Below, piece after piece: positions 1-13,539 of a DNA stretch of 64,000 nucleotides. Below the pieces are notes generated by a model. The model saw only the letters and a program-made list of their open reading frames with translations. It searched no databases and was not told the origin of the DNA. Numbering within the stretch: position 1 is the first letter of the stretch; the number at the start of each line of letters is the position of its first letter. Source of the DNA: Stegostoma tigrinum (Eukaryota); assembly GCF_030684315.1 (NCBI RefSeq), contig NC_081384.1:26822818-26886817 (forward strand), read 5' to 3'. The position numbers were made by a program, and so were the translations under genes.

Positions 1-1697
1 GTGCTAAATGATTATTTCTCGTCTGTTTTTACTGAGGAACAGGAGAATATTGTAGAGAAGATGACTGAGTTACGGGCTACTAGAATTAAAAGGATTAAGA
101 TTGGTAAGGAAGAGGTGTTATTAATTCTAGAAGGTGTGAAGGTAGATAAATCCCCTGGGCCAGATGGGATTTTTCCAAGGATGGTCTGGGAAGCTAGGGA
201 GGAGGTGGCGGAGCCTTTGGCCTTGATCTTTGAGTCCTCGTTGTCTACAGGTTTAGTAACAGAGGACTGAAGGATTGCAAATGTTGTGCCCTTGTTCAAG
301 AAGGGCAATTGAGATGACCCAGGTAATTATAGACCTGTGAGCCTTACGTCTGTTGTAGGAAAAGTTTTGGAAAGCATTATAAGAGATAGGATTTATAATC
401 ATCTTGCAAGCAACAATTTGATTGGAGATAGTCAGCATGGATTTGTCAAGGGCAGGTCGTGTCTCACAAACCTCATTGAGTTTTTCGAGAAGGTGACCAA
501 GCAGGTGGATGAGGGAAGGGCAGTTGATGTGGTGTACATGGACTTCAGTAAAGCGTTTGATAAGGTTCCACATGGTAGGCTATTGGGGAAAATACAGAAG
601 CACAGGATTGAGGGAGATTTAGCAGTTTGGATTAGAAACTGGCTTTCTGTAAGAAGGCAACGAGTGGTGGTTGATGGAAAATATTCAGCCTGGAGTCCAG
701 TTACTAGTGGTATGCCTCAAGGATCTGTTTTGGGACCACTGTCGTTTGTCATTTTTATAAATGACTTGGACGCAGGCATAGTTGGATGGGTTAGTAAGTT
801 TGTAGATGACACTAAAGTCAGTGGAGTGGTGGACATTGTGGGAGAATGTTGCAGGTTGCAGGGACACTTGGATAAACTGCAGAATTGGGCCAAAAGTTGG
901 CAACTGGAGTTTAATACGGATAAATGTGAGGTGATTCACTTTGGGAAGAATAATAGGAAGGCAGAATACTGGGTGAATGGAAAGATTCTTGGTAGTGTAG
1001 ATGTGCAGAGGCATCTTGGTGTCCATTTACGTAGATCCCTGAAAGATGCCACCCAGGTTGATAGTGCTGTTAAGAAGGCTTATGGTGTGTTAGGGTTTAT
1101 TGGTAGAGGATTGAGTTCCCGAGCCGTGATGTCATGCTGCAACTGTACAAAATGCTAGTGCGGCCTCATTTGGAATATTGCATGCAGTTCTGGTTGCCCC
1201 ATTACAGGAAGGGTGTGAAAGCATTGGAAGAGGTGCAGAGGAGATTTACCAGGATGTTGCCTGGTCTGGAGTGCAGGCCCTATGAAGAAAGGCTGAGGGA
1301 CTTGGGTCTGTTCTCATTGGAGAGAAGGAGGCTAAGAGGGGATTCAATAGAGACATACAAGATGATCAGAGGATTAGATAGGGTGGACAGTGAGAGTAGT
1401 TTTCCGAGGGTGATGACTTCAGCTTGTACAAGGGGGCATAGCTACAAATTGAGGGATGATAGATTTAAGACAGATGTCAGAGGCAGGTTCTTTACTCAGT
1501 CAGTGGTAAGGGTGTGGAATGCCCTACCTGCCAATGTAGTTAACTCAACCACATTAGGGGTATTTAAATAGTCCTTGGATAAGCATATGGATAATGATGG
1601 GATAGTGTTGGGGGAGGGACTTAGATTAGTTCACAGGTCGGTGCAACATCGAGGGCCGAAGGGCCTGTTCTGCACTGTATTGTTCGATGTTCTATGT
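1..1697 (+). mobile_element. CR1-clade (HER1-like) LINE, 3' portion with dead RT ORF2 and 3' tail
   Basis: ORFs contain KSPGPDGI, SQHGFVKGRSCLTNL, VYMDFSKAFDKVPH, SGMPQGSVLGP, FVDD (degenerate YADD) and LERRRLRGD. Stops at 268-270 and about 310, frameshift about 1110. Ends GGGCCGAAGGGCCTGTTCTGCACTGTATTGTTCGATGTTCTATGT. Runs off the left edge of the window. Confidence 0.97.
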
Positions 1698-1813
1698 AAA
1701 TGGACTGCAGTGGTTTAAGTAGGCAACTCACCATATTTTCATCAGCAACTAAAGATAGGCAATAAATGCTGACCCAGCCATGTCCCATGTCCCAGCAATG
1801 AACTTAAATAAAA
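1698..1813 (+). mobile_element. 3' tail of an older, different LINE family, directly abutting the CR1
   Basis: ATGGACTGCAGTGGTTTAAGTAGGCAACTCACC...GGCAATAAATGCTGACCCAGCC...AATGAAC; related tails close SINEs at about 26.7, 41.6 and 51.3 kb. Confidence 0.7.
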
Positions 1814-2734
1814 ACCTTTACCTGATGTACAATTGTAGGGTGCAGTTGAGCCCCATCTTGTCATTGTCCACCTTGGCAGATGATTAAAATGAAGAAGCTT
1901 AGTAGAGGAGTAAATTGGGAAAACACGCTGCTTTACTAGAAGCAGATTATTTCCATTTGCAAGTTCAGGCTAGGGTTATAGCTACATTAATGTGATGGGG
2001 AATAATAAATGTTAGGTTTTCCTAAATCAATACACATTGCAGATAAACATTATGAAATTAAAGGTCTTAAAGTGGAATTTCTCATACCTTCGTTCGAGTT
2101 GCTGATCTTTTCAGATGTTTTGTTTTGAAAAATTCCCTCCCTTCACAAATTTAAACATCTTATATTTGTAAAGATGAAGGACAACTGTGCTGGAGAGTGA
2201 GACTCTGAGGTCTCAAATATTGAGCTCTCAACCAGATTCAGAAATTGTTAAATAAGGGAGTTTGCTCAGAGTCTAAGGTAGAGGTCAGGCCAGCTGCAGG
2301 CTGCCAAAATAAGCTTACTTCAGATAAAAGTTAGTAATGTTCCATTTCATTTTTGCACTGGAATCTCATCAAATTTCATTCTGGATTTGAAGGTCCTCAT
2401 GAATAAAGTTGTTGATCGCTTTCACAGCAGTGATCACTCTGCCTTTGTGGAGTGCCTGTTTAGATTACAAAGGTTTACTGTGTTTTCCTCTTTGTTTCAC
2501 AGAATGGCTAATGGGTAATGGCTAACTACCCGCCCTACCCCACCAACATCCAAGCTACACTGAAACTGGGAGGTTCACAAGCAAATCACTGTTTTCAAGA
2601 TTTGGAACATGAAAAAAGTAAGACTGTCGCGAAGAGGTTGGCAGAGTTAAGTGCTAAAATGGAGCCCTTCTTCCTCAAAATTTCACCCTATATCCCCTGA
2701 AGCTTGTTGCACTCATTGAGTTCTACCTTTTTCA

Positions 2735-2953
2735 CACAGGGAGAGGTGCACGTACGGAAAGAGCTGCCAGAGTGAGTGGTTGAGCCAGTACACCAACAAC
2801 ATTTCAAAGCCATTTGGACGAATACATGGATACGAAAGGTTTAGAAGGATATGGACCAAATGCAGGGAAATGGGAGCAGCGTGGATGGACATTTTGGTTG
2901 GCATGGACCATTTTGGGCTGAAGGGCCTGTCCCTGTGCTGTAGGACTCTATGA
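2735..2953 (+). mobile_element. CR1 LINE 3' fragment
   Basis: TTCACACAGGGAGAGGTG...ACATTTCAAAGCCATTTGGAC...GGGCTGAAGGGCCTGTCCCTGTGCTGTAGGACTCTATGA. Confidence 0.85.
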
Positions 2954-2954
2954 G

Positions 2955-3735
2955 TCATAAAGTCATGGAGTTGTAGAGTCATACAGCATGCCCTTTCAGC
3001 CCAACTTATCCATGCCAACCAAGTTTCCTAAACGTACCTAGCCCCATTTGCCAGCATTTGGTCCCCTTCCCTCTAAACCTTCCTCATCCATGTACCTGTT
3101 CAAATGTCTTTTAAATGTTGCAATTGCACTCGCACCTCTACGTCCCCTGGCAGCTTGTTTCATACACGCACCACCCTCTGTTTGAAAACGTTGCCCTTCA
3201 GGCCACTTTAAAATTTTTCCCGTTCCACTCGGGTTTTGAATTCTCCTATGCTGGGGAAAAGACCATGGCTATTCACCTTATCTATCTGCCTCATGATTTT
3301 ATAAGCCTCGATTAGATCACCCCTCAGCCTCCTATGCTGCAGGAAAAATAAAATCCCAGTATCTCCTTGTGACCCAAACCCTTTTCTCTTGGTAACATCC
3401 TTGTTATTTTTTTTCTGCACCTTTTCTAGTTTAATAACATTCTTCTGATTGCAGCCTGCCCAGAATTGTACGCAGTGTTCCAAATGTGGCCTTATATGTC
3501 ATAACATGATGTCCCAACTCCAGTACTCAGTGCTCCGACTGATGACCGTAAGTGTACCGCTTGCCTTCTTCACCACCCTGTCTACCTGTGATGCCACTTT
3601 CAAGTAACTATGTCCCTACCCCTCCCTCCCCCCGATCTCTCTGTTTGACAGCATGCCCCAGGATGCACACCATTAACTGTGTAAGCCCTGCCCTGGCTTG
3701 TCTTACCAAAATACAACACCTCACATTGGTGTATA
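2955..3735 (-). mobile_element. CR1 LINE 3' fragment
   Basis: Minus ORF EHCVQFW...RRLRGDLIEAYKIMRQIDKV, and CEVLYFGK. Confidence 0.88.
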
Positions 3736-3844
3736 GTGCCAAAAGCCTCCAGCATCATGTCTGAATAGTCATCTTTCTTAAGTACATTCAACATTTCATT
3801 TCACTAATCTTTCAGACCGGTAACACACAGGGGACTCTAGTCTT

Positions 3845-4320
3845 TTAAAGAATTTATTCTTGGGATATATGTATCGATATGAATCTCTAGCTACCCTTGA
3901 AAAAGATTGTTGAACCCAGCAGTCCATAAAGTGATGCTTCTCCCATGATGTTGATAGATAGGAGGTTCAGGGAATCGACACAGTGATGATGAAGGAACGG
4001 TGGTGACTTCCCAAGTCAGCATGGTGTGTGATTTGGAAGCAATGGTGTTACCTGATCCAGCTGCCAGAGTCCTTTCAGGTAGCAGAGTTTGTAAGTTTGG
4101 AAGATTCTACAAAAGAAAGTTTGGAGGAGCTGTGGCAGTGCATTCAGTAACACTATAGCCATGCTGTGCACGTGATGAAGTGGATGGATGCTGAATATGA
4201 TGCCTTGATTACCACACAATTAGAGTGACTTATCCTGGATGATGCATTAAATGTTGGTGGAACTGCATACATTCAGTCAAGTGGCGAATATGGTATCCTA
4301 CTCTTTTTTAGGTAATGTGC
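3845..4320 (-). mobile_element. Old LINE 3' region, same family as the 1698-1813 tail
   Basis: Reverse complement matches the ...CATCCAGGATAAGTCACTC...CTTCCAAACTTACAAAC...GACTTGGGAAGTCACCACCGTTCCTTCATC pattern of a common shark LINE; decayed. Confidence 0.6.
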
Positions 4321-4459
4321 ATCAGTAGGTGAGCCTTTTCCTACAGAATACCCAGCTTCTGAGCTGCAATTGCCATTATAGTATCTTTGTAGCTTCTCAG
4401 GCTGACTTTCTGATTGGTGATGATGACCACAGTGCTCCTGTTGATGAATTCAATCATGG

Positions 4460-4830
4460 TATTGGTAAATCGTGGGACAAAATAGAGGCCTGGGTAATGC
4501 GGATATTCAGATGTATGCTTAAATTCTATATACTGACCACAGAATAAACAAAAGTGCTTGAAACTGCAAGAACAAAAAAGAACTCTATAAACATGATACC
4601 CAGAAACAAAAATGTCAGTTATTTGGCCATTTGATCAGAGCTGAAAAGCTAAAGTGCTCTTCAAGACAGCAAAGTGGAGGGCAGCAGAAAGAGAGGTATG
4701 TCAAGGCACAGTTGGATGATGGATATCGCAGAGCAATTATGGAAGAGTTACATTGGATGTATGAGGATAATGCAAGAGAAAAGAATGAGTCATACCATGT
4801 CACAAAATCTTTCAGTAGGAGTAACTACAG
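4460..4830 (+). mobile_element. RTE-clade LINE 3' end, frameshifted
   Basis: Across frames: WDKIEAWVMRIFRCMLK...GHLIRAEKLK...KVEGSRKRGMSRHSWMMDI, matching the RTE C-terminal YFGHxxR...GKVEGxRxRGRxRxxWxD signature. Confidence 0.8.
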
Positions 4831-5144
4831 CAATGCCTTGCAATGCTATGGAAAATTGTCAAGAAGGCATTTCCTCCTTAATGGTCATGCTGGCACCATT
4901 TTGTTACATATGTTCCTTAATACTTTGCCACTGAGGTCTGGACATTGTCTAAGGCTTACTGCATGTGGACACAGACATCTTCAGTATCTGAGGTGTTACA
5001 AAAGAAATTGATCAACTGTGAAACCTGCAAATAGCCCCACTTCTGCCCATATAACAGAGAGAAGGCATTAATGAAGCAGTTAAAATTGGATAGACAAAAG
5101 ATATTACCTTGAAAAAGTTATCCAGCGATGGCAAGATATGACAA

Positions 5145-5755
5145 TGTTGTGGCTTTAAATGATGTATTTTGTCCTGGTTTGTTTTGAGAGGAAGATTGAA
5201 CAAGATGTGTTGGGGGTACATGGTAATAATCATCTTGTGAGGCCTTGGGTTTTTTTTATAAGTTGAAATAATGCAAGAAGCGTGGATGGGTGTGGCTAGC
5301 TCTCATAGACCAGGATTTCTAGTTTTCTTTTAGCTTTTAAATTCAGTGGAAGCAGCTCGAGTTTTGAAGATGTAGAAGTGATTCTCCCCCCTCTCTCATT
5401 ATTACTAGTAGCTGGGGTTTCTCTTCCTACTGTGGGAGTTATTTGTGAAAAAAAAATGATTTCTGAATTTGCCAAGAGATGTGTTTTTCAGATGTTGCTA
5501 TATTTGATCAGTTAATTATTATTAGTTATTGTATCTTTTATTATGTGAAGTTTTCTAGTAGAGTTAAATTATTCTGGGTTCTTCTTTCTTTTGTTGTATT
5601 TTAGCTAGCGTTTGAATTGTGTTTACGCTGAATAGTTTGATCTGTCAAATTTCATCTGGAACACATCACTGTACATCTGCCTTTAAAATAAGTAAAAGTT
5701 AGTGTCTAGATTACCTTCTTAACTTGTTTGAGGGGATCTTTTCTGATCCATAACA
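5145..5755. mobile_element. Probable solo LTR (about 610 bp)
   Basis: Starts TGTTGTGG and ends CCATAACA (TG...CA, imperfect 8-bp terminal inverted repeat). Non-coding interior. No clean TSD seen. Confidence 0.55.
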
Positions 5756-6234
5756 AAGAGCTTAGATGATTGACCTCTAACACGTGCAACTATATTCCTT
5801 CCTGATCAGATAGCAGATAGCAGAATTTTCCCGATGTGTATTGATTTTAATTTGGTTAAGGCTTCTTCACACCACAGTTGATCAAATATTACTTTAATGT
5901 CATGTATAGTCAAGCTTACTTATCCCTGTAAGGCAACTTTTTTTATACATATTTGGACAAATGCTCTAAAGATGTTTAGAGTAGAGTGTTCCTGAAGGAG
6001 CCTAGGCTTAGCATTAGTGAGCAGATTATTGGTTATGTATCATGAAAGCACACTTTTGAAAACTCTTATCCATTACACACTTATGAATTAGAGCCAAGAA
6101 TAAACCACTCACTCCTTTGAGACCCACTCTGCCATTCAACAAGATTACGACTGATATATTGCTCCACATTCTCTGCAAACTACATTTAACATTTGTTGAT
6201 CACTGAAAGGAAAACATACAGAAAAGTTGATCCA

Positions 6235-6440
6235 GAGATAGCAGGAACTGCAGATGCTGGAGAATCTGAGATAACAAGGTGTAGAGCTGGATGAACACAG
6301 TTGGCCAAGCAGCAAAAGAGGAGCAGGAAGGCTGGCGTTTCGGGCCTAAGCCCTTCTTCAGAAATCCGAAACATCAGCTTTCCTGCTCCTCTGATGCTGC
6401 TTGGCCTGCTGTGTTTATCCAGCTCTACACCTTGTTATAT
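6235..6440. mobile_element. Fold-back PLE 3'-end insertion with 16-bp TSD
   Basis: Inverted arms GATAACAAGGTGTAGAGCTGGATGAACACAG...GTTTCGG / CCGAAAC...CTGTGTTTATCCAGCTCTACACCTTGTTAT. TSD CAGAAAAGTTGAYCCA at 6219-6234 and 6441-6456. Confidence 0.9.
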
Positions 6441-7009
6441 CAGAAAAGTTGACCCACCTTTTCTTTTCTGAAACAGTGAGCATAATAGATCATGTATAAC
6501 TTGGATAAAGCATTTCATTTCCTTCAAACATTTATTGGGCTTTGAAGGTCCAAACAAAGGCAAAAAAGTTCAAACAATAGGCTCTAAATAGAGGCAATTC
6601 TTGCCTCTGAACCTCAGCAGAATGTTAATTGCTAATTTATTTTAGAGATACACATGCTAAGGTTTATGGATACGTCAAGCTGTCTTTTGAATGCTATTAT
6701 TGCACGCTGTAGCAAGTATGCATTACCATTTTCATTGTTGAACTAAAAGAACTAACTGATCCGGGGGAAGAAATTAATTCATATGGCAGAGCTGCATAGC
6801 ATTAGTATGCTTCCCTACAATGCAAAGTGGGCTGCTGCCTGCACACTGCTTTCTGTTGTTTAACGGCATTGATAAAGAACTTGAAGTGACCCATGAAGCG
6901 AACAGCCTGTGACACTGCTTGATCCAGGCAACCAGCTACCTCCCAATATGACAAGAGATGCTATGAAATAGAATTCCCCTCCCTCTAAGTTGTAGATGAA
7001 TAAATATCT

Positions 7010-7265
7010 TGAGATGATAAGAACTGCAGATGCTGGAGTCAGAGATAACACAATGTGGAGCTGGAGGAACACAACAGGCCAGGCAGCATCAGAGGGGCGG
7101 GAAAGTTGAGATTTCGGGTCGGGACCCTTCTTTAGAAAAATCAGCATTCTTTTAAGATTAAATTTTTTTCTGAAGAAGGGTCCCAACCCGAAGCATCAAC
7201 TTACCAGCTCCTCTGATGCTGCCTGGCCTGCTGTGTTCCCCCAGCTTCACACTGTGTTATCTCTA
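7010..7265. mobile_element. Fold-back PLE 3'-end insertion with 11-bp TSD
   Basis: Inverted arms around a short AT-rich spacer. Plus-strand core CTGAAGAAGGGTCCCAACCCGAAGCATC. TSD AATAAATATCT at 6999-7009 and 7266-7276. Confidence 0.88.
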
Positions 7266-10200
7266 AATAAATATCTATATTGTCATCTGCCATTTTGCCA
7301 GTGCAACATTAGCTCCAGTTCAATTCTAGCCTCAGTAACACACATGATAGATACAATCCTGATAATTTTCAGGATTGCTGTTGTATACAGTTTTAATTTC
7401 AAACTTCATTCATGACTTCAGATAGTTTCCTACCTCCCATATTCCAAGCTGCAAATTTAGAGCTTGCATTCACATCTCACTGCAATGTTCTCATTTAATC
7501 CATGTAAACTCCAGACCTTAATGCAGTTTCTCTCTGTCTTTGGGAATGGATTCATTCTTTGACTGGTATACTTCTGCACTTGGGATTTGTTTTCTTTTAT
7601 ATTTTCTCATTTGATTCTGAAAAAAAATCTGCTTTTGATTCTCTATACAAAAGCTACCAATCTAACAAGTCTTTACCAATTACCTGAAAACTGTTGGCTT
7701 AATAATCAAAAGGCTTGCACTCAAACTGTCTACTTCCTAGCATGATTAACAAAGTGTTCATTTTTAAAACATTCAGTAGGCTTAAGAAGTGTTCTGGGCC
7801 CATTATTACAGCTGTATAGTGAAGGATGTGAATTGTAGATTGTCACATCGCACTCGCAGATATTGCAAATCTCAAAACTATGATGACAGGATGTTTTAAT
7901 TTTAAAAATCTCACTGCGATTGAAAATGTGCAGTGTTCTTGTTTTCCATGAAATTAGGATGCCAGGCCTGAGCCAGGATGGGACCGATATGCAACTGAAG
8001 AAAGTAAACTGTAGGAAATTCAGAAAGATCTGAGTAACTGAAACCACATTGTACAGGCAATGGAATCAAATGTGAGCTGAAATCAGCTTGGAGTTTGAAG
8101 GCTTGGTATATAAAACTAGTGCTGACCATGGTTGAATCTGTACATGAATCTAATGACTTGTTTATACCTGAAGAATAATTTTATACACTCTGTTCATTAT
8201 GTTCAGGAAGTTTGGTGATGGCCACTAACCTCAGTTTTCAGTCAGTTTATGAGCTGCTGTCTGGTGAAATTTCCATGAGAAGCTACATATTCATAAAGCC
8301 TACTCATAAATATAATAATAGTCTTGAACTTACATATTTTTAGTGTAATTTTTAAACTGTCATTAAGATGCATTTCAATTTTTTGCATCTAGGGTATATC
8401 ATAAAACGCGTAGATGCTAAAGAATGAATAATAGGTTTGGAATTTAATCATGGAGTTCATCTAAAACCACTCAAACCTAGAATAAATTACAGCTGTAGTA
8501 TTCATTCCAAATCATCTCATAATTCTATATCTCATTTGCACGCTACACTGCTGCTCATCACGGGTCTCCATCACAGCACACAAAAGAATAAGACAACTCA
8601 TGGTGGTGAAAGTGATCTGTCTGTGCTGAGATTATGGGGGAAAAAGAGACGCAGCAGCAAGATCACACTGAATGTTGCAGTCAGCTGAAATGAGAGACTC
8701 TGGATATAACCAGAACCCCTCTCGAGTCTGATCTTTGTGACAGAATAGCAGCAGAAAGAATGCTATGTGATTGGATATTCTGACACCAAATATTGATGGT
8801 TCACAGGATCCTGAAATACCTCAGCCTTAAGTACACAGATAGCAGTGAGCTCTCAGTCTTTTATCACCACAAACACTGCCGGTAGTTGAGATAATGCTAG
8901 AACTGCACAACAGCTCCTGCTGATAATAATGTTCTTGATCCTGCAAAGTATAAACTGTGTAGTAATTGTCCTGGCATACTTGAAATGGTGGCAGTAGCAG
9001 AAATGTTTGACATTGAGCTTATAATATGATCACATTGCCTGTGGCAAACTGATTTGCTACTTTATGTCTTTTCTAAATACTATTTTCTGTACCTTTGGCC
9101 TTCTCCCTCATTTTAGCTATTGCCACCATATTTCCTTCACTGCTGGACAAATGGAATAATCTTAGTTCCTATAATTTCCACCACTTATCATTGACACGAC
9201 TTTGTGGTTAACCGATAGGAGGAAGACTCTTCTCTGGCACCTTCTTCCCCGAAAGACTTCTTCCTCTTTATGTAATATTGAGCAAGTTAGTCCATGGGTT
9301 AGCCTCTCCTAAAGCCAAAGCACATTCAGTAATGGTTGGTGCATTAAAAATACAGACTGTGATTCCCTGGGTTTGAAGTTCAAGCCTTCACATATGAGCA
9401 CTATCAGGTTGTGACTCTCATTTTTCAAGGCCAAGATGAGTTCGCCATTTGGATTTAGCTTGTCCCTTTGAATGCTTAAATCCTTTGATGTGGGCACTTT
9501 GATATTTTTCTATTTACTTCAAACCTTGAAACAGAATTATCATTTTCTACAGTAGCTCTATTGTGCAATGCAATTTTTTTTCTTATTTTTCATTACATGG
9601 CGTGATGGTACCTTTCATGTGAGGAAATGAAAACTGAAGTGATTGAAATGTAGCAATACTTTGGTAAAATACTGGTGCTTCTGTTTCTGAGATATGTTTA
9701 GAGAACATCAAAAGACTAGGATCAAAGGAAAGGTGATGGGAGAAGGGTGGAATGGGGATTGAGGGAGGGTGACCAAAGCGGTTGCTACATTACTAACAAT
9801 TTCTACTGATCTCTCCCACCCACAATTCCAGAGATAGGCGTCGAGGAACTCACTAAAACAATTTCAAACGGCAAGGAAATTATTATAACTGCAGAGATAT
9901 GAAGAGGCAACCTCCCGAATTCTTTTTCGCTTCCTGTGCACTTTGCCTCCCCTCTTGGCACTAGATCAAATTGGCAAAACATCAAAGGACCACATCAGGA
10001 CAACAATGTTTGCTCATCCTTATTTTAAAAAATTAGTTAGGTTTGGTGGTGGGCATCTGTAGCAATGCTAAAACAGGAGTAGGTTTCTTATTACTTTCTT
10101 GAATACTTCAGGCTTGAAAACCAAAATGAATTTCAAAACAATAACAACTCTCATCTTTTAATGGTCACTCCCGTCAAGCATTGTAAATCGTAACTTTTCA

Positions 10201-10479
10201 TTAGTTACTTCTAACTGTGTGCAGCCTGTGTGCCAGCTCCCACGAGCACTCTGGCTTCAAATTTAATGAAAGCAAAGAACAAGGCTCAATTTAAGTCTGT
10301 AGAAAGTTCACAGTGTTTATCCATGAAACTGCTGTGGAAGAAGAGCAAAAAATGTTCGACAGTTTACCTGTCACAACGAGTTGTATAAAACTATTAAAGA
10401 TGTCTAAGAATTGTCAGTGAACAATAGTCAGTTGGCAGATTATTGCAATACTATTCCTTATTAACTTTATATAGTCTAC

Positions 10480-11210
10480 TATCCAACCACTAGAAATGAG
10501 CCAAAACTCTGCTACCTTCTCTACCCTACTCACACCATATACCCTCCCACACCAGATATAATATCCTCCATTCTCTTATGTCAGGTGGAAGACGCAAAAA
10601 TTTAAACACATTTCAATCAAATTCAGAACAGCTTCTTCCCAACTGTAATTAGACTTCTGAATGGGTGTTTCATATTTTAAATTTAATATTGATCTCAGTC
10701 TTATCTGCAGCCATAACATTGTATTACTCAGGGAGGGTGTTCCTGACGTTTGGTGTGCCCAGAACCAAGGGTCACAGTCCGAGCATTTGGGGTAGACTTT
10801 TTAGGATGGAAATGAGGAGACATTTCTTCACCCAAAGAGTAGCAAGCTTGTGGAATTCATTACCGCAGGAAGTAGTTGATGCCAAAACATTTAATGTATT
10901 CAAGAGGCAGCTAGATATGGCACGTGGGAGGTGAATGAGATCAAAGTTTACGGGGAGAAAGCAGAATTAGTCTATTGAGTTGAACGATCAGCCATGACCC
11001 TGATGAATGATGTAGCAGGCTTGAAGGGCCAAAGGGCCTCCTCCTGCTCCTATCTTCTATGTTTCTATGCTTCTGTTCTATTACCCTAATCTAACGTGTA
11101 TGGCAATGATCTGCCTGCCCTGCATTCAAAACAAACCTTTTCATTGTACCTAGGTACATGTGACAATAATAACCCAAATCAAATCAAATCAAGTTAAATC
11201 AAATCAAAGA
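10480..11210 (+). mobile_element. Rex1/Babar-like LINE 3' end, interrupted by a CR1
   Basis: SGGRRK...KFRNSFFPTVIRLLNG-like C-terminus, and the tail TTTTCATTGTACCTAGGTACATGTGACAATAATA followed by (AAATC)n. Confidence 0.75.
10730..11070 (+). mobile_element. CR1 LINE 3' fragment nested in the Rex1 tail
   Basis: RTKGHS...RRHFFTQRVASLWNSLPQEVVDA; tail CTCCTGCTCCTATCTTCTATGTTTCTATG. Confidence 0.88.
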
Positions 11211-11254
11211 TAATGTAATTACATTGTAGTCACTGATTTATGCAGTACTCTTGA

Positions 11255-11790
11255 AGCAACACCTTAAATTTGAATTTCTCTTCCTTACTTTGAAATTTTC
11301 TATGTTCTTGTCCCTCCCTATCTCTTCTCCAGCCTCACGACACTCTGAAATATTTGTGCTCCTCCAATTTTGGTTCCTGATCATCCCTGACTTTGATTGC
11401 TTCATAATCGTCAACCATACATTTAGCAGCCTAGGCCTAGAGACCTGGAATTCCCACCTTAAATGTCCCCTAAACATTCAGTCCAAGCTGCATTGATGCA
11501 ACGAAGTTGCCCACATTGGCGTGCCGATGTATGACTTGCGGAATTTAAAGGGACCAAGCAGCAGCAAGAAAAATGACAAAGGAATGTTGTTCTCTGTCCC
11601 TGCACCTCTCTTCCTTTTTTAAAGACCCTAATTAACAGTTACCTTTTTGACCAAAGCTTCCTTGTTAATCTCTAACTCTGATCCCATTTCATATGGGTCT
11701 GCACCAAATTTGGCCTTATAACACTCATCAGAAGCATTTTGGAATGTTTAACATTGTTTGCAAGCTTTACATAAAGAGAAAGTGTTGTAG
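11255..11790 (+). mobile_element. L2-clade LINE 3' end, decayed, with an internal insert
   Basis: FSSLGLETWNSH (AFSxxxPxLWNSLP-like) and CTTTTTAAAGACCCTAATTAACAGTTACCTTTTTGACCAAAGC, then an L2-type tail. Confidence 0.6.
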
Positions 11791-13539
11791 ACCAGGCCTC
11801 TCTCCAAAATCTACTGCACTACCTGTGCTGCTCGACAATGAAGTAAGTTCAGAAGTGGAAGGGTATTTTTCCAGAGCAAATAGACCTTCACATATTCCTA
11901 GCAACCACAATATTGATGCCAATAGCAGAGACAGTTGCTTCATCATTTCATCACTTAATAGATTGACTAGACAGCGTGAATATTTCTCTGTGCCTTACTT
12001 TGAGATACTGGGAAAAATAGATTTTATTTATTTGAAAATTTTGTGTCACACAATAGCCCATGAACATGAGTGAGTTTCAATTGAGCATTACATGGTATGC
12101 AAAAAAATTCAATAATTCTATGGATTTATCCTTGTTTAGATTTAGAATTGTGTAACCATCTTATTTTATGCAGCAATTGTTTACCTGTATAGTCAAATGT
12201 TTGACTACTTGAAGCCCCAGCATTGTTTTCAAAGCAGTTAATATTTACCAAGGGCCTAAACTGATATTAAACTCCTATCGGCCCCTTTGCCCCCTTGGGG
12301 AGGTGGAGGGGAAGAGTGATAAGGACTGTGATGGAGGTGAGGAGCTCAAGGAGAAAGGTGCTATGCAGAACAGTAGCAAAGAACAGTAATCGGCAGGAAG
12401 GAGTCATTGACTGTGACCACCACTGCAGTCTCCACAGGGGCTGAGTAAAGGAGCAAACTAGCATCATCATCATTAAGTAATGTCGGGTTGGAGAAGCTCT
12501 AAGGACAGTTGTAGGCAGAGGAAATGGGCTGTCTGGGTACGTGAGGTAAAAGATGGTAATGGAGGCTTGGAGAGGGGGTTGTCACCTGGTGACCAGGTAG
12601 ATCCTGGTGCTCACTCCGTCCATCACAAGCTGCAATCTCAGCCATCACTTTCCCTTCTCAAGATGCAAAGTGCTAATGGAAAATGGCAGGACCATTGCCC
12701 AGTGTGAGTGGTACAGGTGTTAGTTTGATGTGAGAAAGTGCAGCTTCCACGTTTTCTGGATTCAACTCATCATAGCAACCAAAAAAAATACAAGGGAGCA
12801 GCCTTTTGCGAAGTGCAGCTACATTTCATCTACAATCATTTCAGGAACGTCTTGCTACCCATGCAAAAGGGGCGCTTAGTGGTCAGATGATGGTAAAAGG
12901 TGACTTTCAATAGGTTGTTGCTGCTTGTGAATTGAACTTGGCTATTTCAACGAGGCTGATGTTAGCAGTGATGACACATCAAAAGGCCAAGGCTCACTTA
13001 CATCCAACTTCCAAGGATCCTGTGCGAGCCTCATATCAATTCATCATCTGTCATGTAAGTACAACAATTTGTTACAACTGTGCTGAATGCAGTGAGGAAT
13101 TGAGCATTTGATATGGGTTTGGGGTCAGAGGACCGCAGACACTTCCATCTCGATGGCATTGGATGGCCATTTAATCAACATGACTCCTAAATAATGTTGC
13201 TGCACATTCTGAGCCTGAATGTAGTTGAATGATGGAGATATGTCTTTTGTTGTCAGGATATAGTATGTCTCACTGTGTGGGGGTGCTATCACAGCCCTCA
13301 TCTGCATTATGTTCCATCAATGACTATTCTGAGGACTAAGAATCAGTTCCCCTCCTTCTATTCCTAATTTAGGGCCTTTCCACTAAGACTCCGGGTCCTG
13401 TGTCTGGTGGAATCTTGGTCTGTCTGTGCTGTCTCTAGCCAATGGCAAGCCCAGGAGCAGAGGCAGCAACTGGCCAGCACAGAGGGTGAGAAACACCCGG
13501 CTCAGGGAGAGGTCACAGCAGCAGAGTCCCTCAGGAGGG

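Noticed and set aside
337-1571. Longest ORFs (273 and 145 aa) as a functional reverse transcriptase gene
   Set aside because: Ordinary CR1 ORF2 with upstream stops, a frameshift and a degenerate active-site motif.
4631-5011. 126-aa ORF as a host gene
   Set aside because: It begins as an out-of-frame read of an RTE LINE C-terminus; no recognisable domain.
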